NCBI GenBank assembly: GCA_004431415.1
Contig: QPMI01000542.1
Span: 310,001-374,000 of the forward strand
DNA from: Cyanophora paradoxa CCMP329
Taxonomy: Eukaryota > Plantae > Glaucophyta
Direction of reading: 5' to 3'
DNA: 64,000 nt
Each line of letters begins with the position of its first letter. Position 1 is the first letter of the stretch. Of the stretch, positions 37,757 to 51,300 are shown piece by piece. The notes under the pieces were generated by a model, which worked only from the letters and a program-made list of their open reading frames with translations, had not been told where the DNA came from and ran no database searches. Position numbers and translations under genes: made by a program.

Positions 37757-40700
37757 ATGGCGCCGGCCTGCAGCCGCAGCTGCCCCGCGGCGGGCGGGCA
37801 GAGTCCCGCGGCCGCGCGCGCCTGTGCACGCGAAGGCAAGGGCCCCGCGGCCGGCGCCGGCACTGGCGCCAGTCGCAGGTCGCCTCGCGACCGGCGAGAT
37901 CTAGATCTGGAGCTCGACCGCCGGCAGCGGCCGTCGGGGGCGGCCGCCGTAGGTCTCGGCGCATGCGCGCTGCTGGCCCTCCAGCTCGGGCTGCTGACCG
38001 TGGCGCTCCTGCCTGCGGCTTCGGCAATATCCATCAACGCCTCGTCAATCGTGCTGGCCCCGCCTTCCCGGCCGCCCACTGGCTTTGAGACCGCGGAAAC
38101 GTACTACGCCTCTGTTCAGGTACGCAATTGCAATTTGGCAAATGCTGTCCCATTGTCATTTAAATTTGCGAATAAGTCCGATACACGTGCCGGTACTTTA
38201 AGCACAATTTTGGTTCGCGCTCATCTTACATAAGACTTAATTGCATCTCCCCACACTATATATAGCTATTTTCAGGCCGGGAGTGTGCACGTGGACCGAA
38301 CCCTTAGTCACACACGCGGCTAATGACGCCGTCGCAGCGCGTGTACGCCGCTTCGACGGACCCCACAACGAAGCTCGTCTTCGGCCGCAAGAGTCCGTCT
38401 GGGCCGCCGGCCGCCGCCCGCGCCCTAGGCCTCCTCCGGCTTCGAGCTGATCATGAGCCACCACCGGTACCGGCGCCGTTGCGCAGGCGAGCTGTGGCTG
38501 GTGGTCGACGTCGATGACCCTCCCGGGATCGATGAGGGCGAGTTCTCCTGTCAGGCCTCCCGCCTCCACACCTGCAGCGTCGACGAGGGTGCGAAACAAT
38601 AAATTCCGCCTTTCTTATGGCTGACCAAGACTTTCCCATGGGCCACCCTTTCCGTGGCACAGCGGCCATGCTGGCCCAGCCCGGCTGCAGCCCTTACATC
38701 GTCGTGAGCGCTCCGAGCACCAACGTCACCTTCCGCGTCCCCCACGTGCCCCGGTATCCCGAATCCCATCCCGAAACCATCGTCTGCTTCGAATTCATTG
38801 TTATATTTTTATAAAGAACTCCAGCTTCAAGCTATTTTTTATAAGACTCTTGTTTGACGCTTGACATTTACACGCGGCGCGGCAGGGCGCAGACGCCGTG
38901 GGCGTCCCACCACGCGACCTCGCGCCTCTACTTCCGCCACGTCGTCAACGACGAGGACCCCGTCCTCGAGCCCCTCCGCGCCCCGATCGTGTCAGCGGCC
39001 TTCAGCTTCCAATTTAAATTCGTCTCTTCGTGTGATTCGGAGCGTGCAGGAACCTCGCAAACTGCAACTACATCACGACAGCTTTCGGGATACTGGAGGT
39101 GCGATGCTCCGATCCGTTTCTTCTAAGAGTCTTAAGCTCGAGCTCGAACCAACTCGTTTTCGCTGATCGCAAATCCCGCTTTTCGAAATCGGCAGTACAT
39201 CACGCTCGACAACGCGACGCACGCGCCCAGCGGGTACTTCGAGGTCGAGCCCGACCCTCCAACCCACTCAATGCAGACCCCGTCGTCGACACGGTGCGCC
39301 ATTCAGTCCTTTTGAGTCCAGCAATATGTCTTATTCCGCTTTGCTTGCAGTCGAAGCGCATCAAGCTCGACCCGGAGCTAGAGCCCGTGTCTCTGCAGCT
39401 GGTCCATGTCGATGTTAAATCAAACGTCTGCCGCTTCTGCGCTGATTCCGGTCTCATCCTGCAGATCGGGGCTGAGCCTGGCTCGACCCTTTCCGTCAAT
39501 GACGTCATGTGGGTGGCGATCACTTTCGACGGGTCATCGTGCGCCCGAAATTGAACCGCGACTCTGTCTTCCCGGACACGTAAAATTTCCTCTCGAAATA
39601 ATCCTAATCATAACCCTGCACACCACAGGACGACCCTCTTCCGCCGAACTGTTCCATTGCTGTCAACCTGTGCGCTGCCGCATGCGCATATGCATGCTCA
39701 GCGTTTGAATACCATTATATTCAAACTAATCTCTTGTTCGAGCTTCGAGCTGCTGCCGACGTTGTTTTCACTTCTGCTTAAGCTTATTCAACCCCCCCGG
39801 CTCGACAGCAATTTCCGGACCATTGAAGACTGGCAGGCAGTCTCGCGCGATGATGCGCTCGCGGGAATGGGCGGTGCGGGCCACGCCACAATCAGCGATC
39901 ACACACTCGTCTACCGTCACACGTACGCGTGCAGCTTGATGCTTGTTTCGCATGCGCATGGGTCTCCGAGCGCTAAACGATCACGGCATGCGCAGGGTTC
40001 TGAAGGGTGAGAACTCGAGGGCGATTGCGGTGAGGAGCCCGTAACACAGGGCCTCATCATCTCGAACGATTGCTCCTCGAAGTGCGGCTTGCGCCGAGGC
40101 GGAATGCGTGCTCCCTCTCAGAGTCTCTGCAGGGGATGCGATTCGCGTCCGCGAAAGCAGGAGCAAAGCGGACCGTGAGCCTCGCAGGTGCATTCGAGAG
40201 AAGGGCGCCGGGCGCGTGTCTAAGCTGGGCTCAAATCTCCCTGCAGACCTCGTCTTCTCGCCATGCAAGCGGTCCTTGACCTCGCCGAGCGGCTGCGAGC
40301 CCGGAGTGACCTCCGTCGGCGTTGACACCCTCCGTGCGCCAACGCCCCGACCGGGATCTCAATTGAAAGCCACATGAGTAGCTCCAGAAATTAATCTGAG
40401 CGGTGTTTTGCGGCAGCCCGCGGATGGTCGGCGTCAGCACACGCAAGGACCCGAAGTCGGTGTTCTACAGCGGCGACGCTATCGATATTGGTAGGCATAT
40501 CACTAATCGTATAACAGCTGGCTTCTGTCACTGACCACATTTATGTGTGCGCAGCGGTTCTTTTCACCAAGCCCGTGATTTTTGTGGTTTCTCCCGACAA
40601 TGGCGTCAATCCCTTCGGTCTGCCTGCGTTGCCCTGCGTAGAAATATCCGAACAAGCGTTTGTACATGGGTCGCTCAACTGGCTCTCCGGATCCTTCGCG

Positions 40701-42580
40701 CAGCCGTGGGCGGCCTTACCTCGACCTGAACTCCGGCGGCGAGGCCTCTTTCGTCGGATACTTCCCGAACGACAATTCCACCCTTCTCTTCCGCTACCTA
40801 GTTGCGGTTCGTCGCTCAGGATCGCACAGCTCAGTTGCCGGAATGCTTCTGCTAAATCTGCAGCCGCTGATCCTCGGAGAGCAGTCTGGCGAGACGACGG
40901 ACGGGAAGCCCCTTGAGGTCGTCAAGTTCGAAACAAACGGCGCCGTCGTTACGTCGGCCAACGGCCTGGACAGTGCGCCGTGCAATCGCAAAGGCTTTTG
41001 ACCTCGCTCAAGAAAGCTTATCGCATTCTTTCGCGTCTCAGTTGTCGCGAACGAAGAGGTGCTGAAGGCGGTTAAGGATGCGAACAGCGGCCTGTCAGCC
41101 GCTGGCCTCATTGTTCAGCGCTCCAGCACTGCGCGCCGGGTACGATCTGTACATGGTTTAAAAACGCATTTCTCATTTGAGAGGCAACGATCGATTTTGC
41201 GAGCGCAGCTCGAGGTATTCGGCGCTGTCGGCGGGGGCCGTGATGTCTTCTCGCTCCACTCGGTCATTTACATTATTCTTACCTTCGACGACGTGGTGCG
41301 GCGCGTTTGTGATGAATTGCTGCACAGCTGCAGGCGGGCTCACAGTGTTTTCTCGTAATTTGCACAGGTCTTCCAGCGCCCGAAGGACAACAACTCCGCC
41401 GCCCTCGACGCCTGCCGGCCGACGCTGCGCACTAACTTCGGAACTTTGGAGTTCCTCCCGCGCGAGGAGTTCAACGCTATTGTCCAGGTGCTATTTTGCG
41501 CTTGACGTCGCCTGAACGCGTACGTGCCTGAACGCTTCGCAGGGCAACGTGGCAGGCCGCCAGCAGATCGTATTTCGCCGTTCAGTGGAAGTGCGCGAAA
41601 TCATATGCGACCGGACGCCGTGTTCGTGCATACGAAGCCGCCTCTGACAGCGACGCAGCCCGAGACGGCTGTACGAGAGCATCGAGATCGAGAAGCCGTA
41701 CGACACTGCGGTCAACGCCACCGGCTGCAGCCCGCCGCGAGTGCGCGCGCGTGGCTCTGCATGCGCATTTTAATTTGTGAAACCGATCTGCTTTCGACTC
41801 TGTTAATTCTCCAATGCAATTCTCCTGTTAATATATTCTGTTTCAATGTTTCTTGAACAGCGGCATGGTTGTACCGGTGGCGCTCTCGAAGATCGCGGGC
41901 TTCTACCCGCTGGAGAATCAAAACAACCCCTTTGAGGCATGGGTGAAGGTGCGTGAGCAAAGCGCTCGCATATCTGAATATCTGCATATCTGCATCTGCT
42001 GTCTAATTTCCAAGCTAGATCGATACCTTTTCGGCCAGCATCGTCGGAGTTGCCGCAAGGTAATTGGTCTTGTTTAATGATTATTCGATCCCCCAGCTGC
42101 AGTCTATCGGTTTTGAGATTCTTCCAGTTCTCGAACATCACTGTGGGCCTCGCTCCCGGTCGCATAGGGTACGTATACGTTCTCGAGACGAGCTCGCGAG
42201 CATCGCCACCCGTGCATCCGACAACACCGCGCGCGCCGCAGGACGTCGATATCCTCGTCACATTTTCGAAACCGGTGGACTACCAAATCCTCGTGCGACC
42301 ACAAACTTGCAGCCAAAATCGATACCGAATTCGTCTTCGTGGCTCACGCGCACGCGGCCGCGGCGCGCGCGCAGCTGGACCCGCTGAACGTGCAGGACGC
42401 GGCGAAGACGCGGGAGGCACGCCTGTACGGCACGCCGCGCATCGCCCTCAACACGCTCGCCTACGCGTACCTCCTCGGCTACGCCAACCCGGACATTCCG
42501 GCCAGCTTGATCCATTACGCACTCCAAGAGCAGTGTTCGTCATGAACATGATGATCATGAACATGATTTGCATGACATGA
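37757..42580 (+). pseudogene. 3'-truncated copy 4 of the channel gene
   Basis: Same sequence and junction as copy 1. The stop is at 42545 as written, or 42580 if the junction C-run is CCC. Confidence 0.85.
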
Positions 42581-43725
42581 CATCGGCGGTTTGCACTCAA
42601 CCTGCGCATTTTACATTTTACGAAATACCATAAATATCCAGAAGGTGTAGATGGGGTTTTCGAGGGTGGCGGAGACGATGGGCGTGTTTCTGCGGCCAGC
42701 CAATTAAAGCCTGAACCGGTATTCAAGATTCGCAGTAACGGGGGCCCATATTGCTCCCAGCATCATTCCGCCCCACCCATTCGCAGGCAGCTTCCACCAC
42801 TCCGAATATAAGTCATTCAGATGCTATTAAGAGATACTGCATGCTTGGAAGCCCGCTCGGAGTTCGAACCACGAGCCCGCACCCTCGAGCCCTTGGCCCC
42901 GCGTGCTCAGTTTGCAGACGAGCTGGCCTCGTTCATATCGATGCTATAAGTTATATATAATTAGCTGCAGGAAGGCACACTACCTACAACTAAAACTGTA
43001 ATATTGATAAATTCGGACGTCGATACATACGCCATACATGTCCAGCCGAAATTCTAGCGGAGCACAGCGAACGATTGGCGCGAAACTGAGCACGTCAGAA
43101 GTGCAGTTTAGAGCAATCTAGAGCAGGGAAATTTTTGGTTTCGCGCCAATGTCTCGCCGTGCAGAAGTTGGCCTCGGGGTCGCTGCGCCCCGGCCCCTCT
43201 TCAGCCTCGACAGCGCAAGGCAGCTCAAGGCCCGCCCAGGCCCCCCGCTCCCCCAACTGCCCTTCCCGGACTCGAACGCTGGAGCAATAAGACGCCGGCC
43301 GGCGCGCTGCTAGCTCGGCTAGCTCGCCGCGAAACTGGCCTTTTCCTCGTCGCCTTTGTATGGCCATACATCTAGGAAAATTTCGTACCGGATCCGCACG
43401 AAACTGAGCCTTATTCTAGCATCAAGATGCATATTAGCTAGTATTAAACGCTTCAGTTTCTCGCCAATCGCTTCCCATTATTTTATCCAGCCAAATCGAC
43501 CAGATACTCTAGATCGATATCTCCGCGAAGTCTCCAGCCAAGGCGCGGAGACTTGCTGGAGAGTGGCTCTATACAAGTCTCCAAAGAGTCTCCAAGCGGA
43601 TATTAGCTGGAGACTACAGCTCAGGAAATACTCCATCTAGTCTCCTGAAGCCCCAAAATGCGTTAGTCTCCAGCTAGTCTCAGTCTATTCTCCAGCTGAT
43701 CTCCCGGACCCCCCCTCCACTAGTG
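42540..43725. mobile_element. CACTA right-arm fragment with right TIR
   Basis: Matches 14030-15230 and ends ...CCACTAGTG|GAG. Confidence 0.9.
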
Positions 43726-45312
43726 GAGCCCGGGGATATCGATCCGCGAGCCGCTGAGCTGGGTCCTGCAGCTGGGGACCCGCCCGAGATCTAGAGATTC
43801 TAGCCTATAGCTAGCAGCTGCAGACCGTACGCGTCGGACCACGCGCGCGCTGCGCATGCGGGCCTGCGCATGCGGCACGTGCATGCGCACGCGTACGCGT
43901 ATATGCGTATACGTACGTACGAGGCGCGTGTATACAGGGCCCACGTGCACGCGGGCCGCGGCTCGGGGCCCGGCCGGCGCGGGGCGGCCCGAGGGGGGGG
44001 TACTGCCGTACCGGCCCCACTCGTCGCGTCGACTCGCCGCGCGGAAAGGCGCGGTGCGCCGGTTGGCACAAGCGATTCGACGCGCCGGCGTCGATGTCTC
44101 CGCGGCGAGTCCGCGCAGAGTCCGCGGAGCTTCATGTGTTTTGATTCTTTGAAAGGTTTTTCAATCTGAAGAATTAAAAAAAGACAAAGGAATCATTGAA
44201 AGGTAACTTCGGGGTAACTTCCGAAAAAAGTGTTGCCGCAGGCTGGCCCGCACTGCCCGCAGTGCGATCGCCGGTACCGCCAGGCGCCGCGAGCCTCGCG
44301 ATCGGAGGCCGGGCCGCCGGGCGGCGGCGCCGGCGGCGCGGCCAGCGCCGCCGCGCGGCCGCGCGGCCCGCGCCCGAGCGCCGCGGCGCCCGGCCGCCGC
44401 CAGCTGCAGCCCGGCGCCGCGCCGCCGGCGCCCGCCGCGCTCCCGAGTCCCGAGTCCTGATCGCGACTCGCCGACAGTCGGCGAGTCCCGAGTCCCGGAG
44501 TCCCGAGTCTCCCGACCGTCGGACTCCCGACTCCCGACTCCCGAGTCCCGAGTCCCGACTCCGAGTCCCGACTCCCGAGTCCCGAGTCCCGACTCGGCGA
44601 CTCCCGAGCCTCGGAGTCCCGACTCCCGACTCCCGACTCCCGGAGTCCGGCGAGTCCCGACTTCCGCGCCCGAGTCGGCCGACTCGGCGAGTCCGACTTC
44701 GACCCGGGCCCTGATCGGAGGCGCCGTGCCGACTCACAGGGATCCGGACTCCGGATCCGGAGTCGGCTCATCAGCCTGGCAGACTCCTCGGCTCTGCTGC
44801 GCTCTACTAGGCTACTCTGGCTACTACTACTAGGCTGCTCTGCTGCTGCCAGCATCCTGCTGGTCCCTGGGAGCTGGGAGCCTGGGACTCCCTGCAGCGG
44901 CTGGTCCGTGGCGACTCCGAGCAGCTGCAGGCTGTACTGCAGGCTGCAGCAGGCGTCTGCAGCTGCCCTGGGCGACACTGTGACAGCTGGTAGGATCCGG
45001 AGGCGCGAGTCGGCGCATGCACTGCAGCAGGCATCGGCAGCTGCCCTGGCCTGTTCCTAGGCCTGGGCCGCCGCCTGGCCCAGCAGCTGCAGACTGCAGT
45101 CACTGAGTGTTTCGAGTCAACTTTCGACTGTCTGTGGAGCTCCTGCAGCTGGAGATCTAGACGCGAACATCTATATATATAGGTCTGCAGTACTAGTTAG
45201 CTAGCCATAGATCTATAGCTATAGCTAGGCCCAGCAGCTTCGAATTCGCAGCATCCATATGCATGCGCAAATGTGCAGCCTTGAATGCAGCTACGCATGC
45301 ATATGCATGCAT

Positions 45313-48300
45313 ATGGCGCCGGCCTGCAGCCGCAGCTGCCCGCGCGGGCGGGCAGAGTCCCGCGGCCGCGCGCGCCTGTGCACGCGAAGGCAAGGGCCCC
45401 GCGGCCGGCGCCGGCACTGGCGCCAGTCGCAGGTCGCCTCGCGACCGGCGAGATCTAGATCTGGAGCTCGACCGCCGGCAGCGGCCGTCGGGGGCGGCCG
45501 CCGTAGGTCTCGGCGCATGCGCGCTGCTGGCCCTCCAGCTCGGGCTGCTGACCGTGGCGCTCCTGCCTGCGGCTTCGGCAATATCCATCAACGCCTCGTC
45601 AATCGTGCTGGCCCCGCCTTCCCGGCCGCCCACTGGCTTTGAGACCGCGGAAACGTACTACGCCTCTGTTCAGGTACGCAATTGCAATTTGGCAAATGCT
45701 GTCCCATTGTCATTTAAATTTGCGAATAAGTCCGATACACGTGCCGGTACTTTAAGCACAATTTTGGTTCGCGCTCATCTTACATAAGACTTAATTGCAT
45801 CTCCCCACACTATATATAGCTATTTTCAGGCCGGGAGTGTGCACGTGGACCGAACCCTTAGTCACACACGCGGCTAATGACGCCGTCGCAGCGCGTGTAC
45901 GCCGCTTCGACGGACCCCACAACGAAGCTCGTCTTCGGCCGCAAGAGTCCGTCTGGGCCGCCGGGCCGCCGCCCGCGCCCTAGGCCTCCCTCCGGCTTCG
46001 AGCTGATCATGAGCCACCACCGGTACCGGCGCCGTTGCGCAGGCGAGCTGTGGCTGGTGGTCGACGTCGATGACCCTCCCGGGATCGATGAGGGCGAGTT
46101 CTCCTGTCAGGCCTCCCGCCTCCACACCTGCAGCGTCGACGAGGGTGCGAAACAATAAATTCCGCCTTTCTTATGGCTGACCAAGACTTTCCCATGGGCC
46201 ACCCTTTCCGTGGCACAGCGGCCATGCTGGCCCAGCCCGGCTGCAGCCCTTACATCGTCGTGAGCGCTCCGAGCACCAACGTCACCTTCCGCGTCCCCCA
46301 CGTGCCCCGGTATCCCGAATCCCATCCCGAAACCATCGTCTGCTTCGAATTCATTGTTATATTTTTATAAAGAACTCCAGCTTCAAGCTATTTTTATAAG
46401 ACTCTTGTTGACGCTTGACATTTACACGCGGCGCGGCAGGGCGCAGACGCCGTGGGCGTCCCACCACGCGACCTCGCGCCTCTACTTCCGCCACGTCGTC
46501 AACGACGAGGACCCGTCCTCGAGCCCCTCCGCGCCCCGATCGTGTCAGCGGCCTTCAGCTTCCAATTTAAATTCGTCTCTTCGTGTGATTCGGAGCGTGC
46601 AGGAACCTCGCAAACTGCAACTACATCACGACAGCTTTCGGGATACTGGAGGTGCGATGCTCCGATCCGTTTCTTCTAAGAGTCTTAAGCTCGAGCTCGA
46701 ACCAACTCGTTTTCGCTGATCGCAAATCCCGCTTTTCGAAATCGGCAGTACATCACGCTCGACAACGCGACGCACGCGCCCAGCGGGTACTTCGAGGTCG
46801 AGCCCGACCCTCCAACCCACTCAATGCAGACCCCGTCGTCGACACGGTGCGCCATTCAGTCCTTTTGAGTCCAGCAATATGTCTTATTCCGCTTTGCTTG
46901 CAGTCGAAGCGCATCAAGCTCGACCCGGAGCTAGAGCCCGTGTCTCTGCAGCTGGTCCATGTCGATGTTAAATCAAACGTCTGCCGCTTCTGCGCTGATT
47001 CCGGTCTCATCCTGCAGATCGGGGCTGAGCCTGGCTCGACCCTTTCCGTCAATGACGTCATGTGGGTGGCGATCACTTTCGACGGGTCATCGTGCGCCCG
47101 AAATTGAACCGCGACTCTGTCTTCCCGGACACGTAAAATTTCCTCTCGAAATAATCCTAATCATAACCCCTGCACACCACAGGACGACCCTCTTCCGCCG
47201 AACTGTTCCATTGCTGTCAACCTGTGCGCTGCCGCATGCGCATATGCATGCTCAGCCGTTTGAATACCATTATATTCAAACTAATCTCTTGTTCGAGCTT
47301 CGAGCTGCTGCCGACGTTGTTTTCACTTCTGCTTAAGCTTATTCAACCCCCCCGGCTCGACAGCAATTTCCGGACCATTGAAGACTGGCAGGCAGTCTCG
47401 CGCGATGATGCGCTCGCGGGAATGGGCGGTGCGGGCCACGCCACAATCAGCGATCACACACTCGTCTACCGTCACACGTACGCGTGCAGCTTGATGCTTG
47501 TTTCGCATGCGCATGGGTCTCCGAGCGCTAAACGATCACGGCATGCGCAGGGTTCTGAAGGGTGAGAACTCGAGGGCGATTGCGGTGAGGAGCCCCGTAA
47601 CACAGGGCCTCATCATCTCGAACGATTGCTCCTCGAAGTGCGGCTTGCGCCGAGGCGGAATGCGTGCTCCCTCTCAGAGTCTCTGCAGGGGGATGCGATT
47701 CGCGTCCGCGAAAGCAGGAGCAAAGCGGACCGTGAGCCTCGCAGGTGCATTCGAGAGAAGGGGCGCCGGGCGCGTGTCTAAGCTGGGCTCAAATCTCCCT
47801 GCAGACCTCGTCTTCTCGCCATGCAAGCGGTCCTTGACCTCGCCGAGCGGCTGCGAGCCCGGAGTGACCTCCGTCGGCGTTGACACCCTCCGTGCGCCAA
47901 CGCCCCGACCGGGATCTCAATTGAAAGCCACATGAGTAGCTCCAGAAATTAATCTGAGCGGTGTTTTGCGGCAGCCCCGCGGATGGTCGGCGTCAGCACA
48001 CGCAAGGACCCGAAGTCGGTGTTCTACAGCGGCGACGCTATCGATATTGGTAGGCATATCACTAATCGTATAACAGCTGGCTTCTGTCACTGACCACATT
48101 TATGTGTGCGCAGCGGTTCTTTTCACCAAGCCCGTGATTTTTGTGGTTTCTCCCGACAATGGCGTCAATCCCTTCGGTCTGCCTGCGTTGCCCTGCGTAG
48201 AAATATCCGAACAAGCGTTTGTACATGGGTCGCTCAACTGGCTCTCCGGATCCTTCGCGCAGCCGTGGGGCGGCCTTACCTCGACCTGAACTCCGGCGGC

Positions 48301-51300
48301 GAGGCCTCTTTCGTCGGATACTTCCCGAACGACAATTCCACCTTCTCTTCCGCTACCTAGTTGCGGTTCGTCGCTCAGGATCGCACAGCTCAGTTGCCGG
48401 AATGCTTCTGCTAAATCTGCAGCCGCTGATCCTCGGAGAGCAGTCTGGCGAGACGACGGACGGGAAGCCCTTGAGGTCGTCAAGTTCGAAACAAACGGCG
48501 CCGTCGTTACGTCGGCCAACGGCCTGGACAGTGCGCCGTGCAATCGCAAAGGCTTTTGACCTCGCTCAAGAAAGCTTATCGCATTCTTTCGCGTCTCAGT
48601 TGTCGCGAACGAAGAGGTGCTGAAGGCGGTTAAGGATGCGAACAGCGGCCTGTCAGCCGCTGGCCTCATTGTTCAGCGCTCCAGCACTGCGCGCCGGGTA
48701 CGATCTGTACATGGTTTAAAAACGCATTTCTCATTTGAGAGGCAACGATCGATTTTGCGAGCGCAGCTCGAGGTATTCGGCGCTGTCGGCGGGGGCCGTG
48801 ATGTCTTCTCGCTCCACTCGGTCATTTACATTATTCTTACCTTCGACGACGTGGTGCGGCGCGTTTGTGATGAATTGCTGCACAGCTGCAGGCGGGCTCA
48901 CAGTGTTTTCTCGTAATTTGCACAGGTCTTCCAGCGCCCGAAGGACAACAACTCCGCCGCCCTCGACGCCTGCCGGCCGACGCTGCGCACTAACTTCGGA
49001 ACTTTGGAGTTCCTCCCGCGCGAGGAGTTCAACGCTATTGTCCAGGTGCTATTTTGCGCTTGACGTCGCCTGAACGCGTACGTGCCTGAACGCTTCGCAG
49101 GGCAACGTGGCAGGCCGCCAGCAGATCGTATTTCGCCGTTCAGTGGAAGTGCGCGAAATCATATGCGACCGGACGCCGTGTTCGTGCATACGAAGCCGCC
49201 TCTGACAGCGACGCAGCCCGAGGACGGGCTGTACGAGAGCATCGAGATCGAGAAGCCGTACGACACTGCGGTCAACGCCACCGGCTGCAGCCCCGCCGCG
49301 AGTGCGCGCGCGTGGCTCTGCATGCGCATTTTAATTTGTGAAACCGATCTGCTTTCGACTCTGTTAATTCTCCAATGCAATTCTCCTGTTAATATATTCT
49401 GTTTCAATGTTTCTTGAACAGCGGGCATGGTTGTACCGGTGGCGCTCTCGAAGATCGCGGGCTTCTACCCGCTGGAGAATCAAAACAACCCCTTTGAGGC
49501 ATGGGTGAAGGTGCGTGAGCAAAGCGCTCGCATATCTGAATATCTGCATATCTGCATCTGCTGTCTAATTTCCAAGCTAGATCGATACCTTTTCGGCCAG
49601 CATCGTCGGAGTTGCCGCAAAGGTAATTGGTCTTGTTTAATGATTATTCGATCCCCAGCTGCAGTCTATCGGTTTTGAGATTCTTCCAGTTCTCGAACAT
49701 CACTGTGGGCCTCGCTCCCGGTCGCATAGGGGTACGTATACGTTCTCGAGACGAGCTCGCGAGCATCGCCACCCGTGCATCCGACAACACCGCGCGCGCC
49801 GCAGGACGTCGATATCCTCGTCACATTTTCGAAACCGGTGGACTACCAAATCCTCGTGCGACCACAAACTTGCAGCCAAAATCGATACCGAATTCGTCTT
49901 CGTGGCTCACGCGCACGCGGCCGCGGCGCGCGCGCAGCTGGACCCGCTGAACGTGCAGGACGCGGCGAAGACGCGGGAGGCACGCCTGTACGGCACGCCG
50001 CGCATCGCCCTCAACACGCTCGCCTACGCGTACCTCCTCGGCTACGCCAACCCGGACACCAAGGTGGGATGCATTGTTTCAAACTGCATTCCCTCTTATT
50101 TGAGCTGATCATGATGGGCGGCGCCTCAATTAGACGACGCTGGTATTCCGGTACTCGGTGCAGGTGGGCGAGGGGACGCCCGAGGGCGAGTACCTGGACG
50201 TCCTCAGCGTCGACGCGTTTGATTCGTACGGCGGCATCCTCCGCACCGCCGGCAACGCCCTCGACGTGCGAAACAGCCGGACAGCGTGCACAACCTCTCG
50301 GATTGCTGCTGATCGCGGCTGGTCTGCAGGTCATTCTGGGCTTGCCCGCGCCGGGAGCGGAGCACGGCCTCTCGGATTCGCGGGTAACGGTCGAGAAGAC
50401 GGGAAGGCCGGCGATGCCTTTCGGCTACGACCCGAGCCAGCCGCCAACCGAGGAACCCGTCGCTTTGATTGTTGACAAGTCGTCGAATTCTGGCGGCCGG
50501 CAACGAACGCGGCACGTGCTCGCGTCCTCACTGGACGTCAGCCCACAGCCGGTGCGGGTCGAGGTCACCGTTCAGATCAATTCGGTCATCGATGTCTCGG
50601 TGCGCGACGCGCCTCCAGACGCAAGAGGTCGATATCGCTTCACGCATTAATTTCGCGGGCGGTGACCGGTCTTCGTAGACGAAGGACCAGTCGATGAAGG
50701 TTGACCTGACGCTGTTGCAGGAGTGGTACGCTCTGCCGCCTTCAGCGCTACGGCGATATTTGCGACGACTGAATTCAAATCATTTCGAATTCGCTAGGTT
50801 TGATTCGCGCTTCAAATACCCGAACCTGGCCCCCATCGCCGAAAATGACACTTCGATCCTGAACGCGATTTGGAGCCCGCGCCTGACTTTTGTCAACGTC
50901 CTGGTGCGGCGCAGCGCCCACGGCAAGCTAAACACGTCCTGATCGTACTCCGCAGAGCAAGCCGGACGGGTTCGACGGCAAGGTCATCCGGTTCAATGTG
51001 CGAGACCACCGCTGCCAAAAACACACTCAATTGCAAGTGTCGATCGCTTACGACACAGTCTCTCGCGCAGAACGGCACCGTCAGGCTGTATCAGCGGTTC
51101 ATCCAGGACTTCGCGGGTGCGACCGCTTGCGGCGACCGTACCCGCGCGCGGCGCTGAATGCAGATTTTGCGCAGTGGACATCAATGTCAAGGACTTTCCG
51201 TTCGACATTCAGGTGCGCTCTGGAACGCGCGGGGGAAGCACGTTCGTTTCGCCCCTCCTAACAAATTGCGCAGACGCTTTCTATCCAGGTACCAGCGTCT

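Larger units (their letters stand above)
1..50058 (+). repeat. Nested tandem segmental amplification; ATG-to-ATG spacings 15754, 13364, 7561 and 7556 bp
   Basis: Five copies of the promoter and 5' channel gene, two copies of 8925-15230, and three distinct junction types (5825/5871 type four times; 7098/7099; 22295/22296). The window starts inside the array. Confidence 0.93.
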
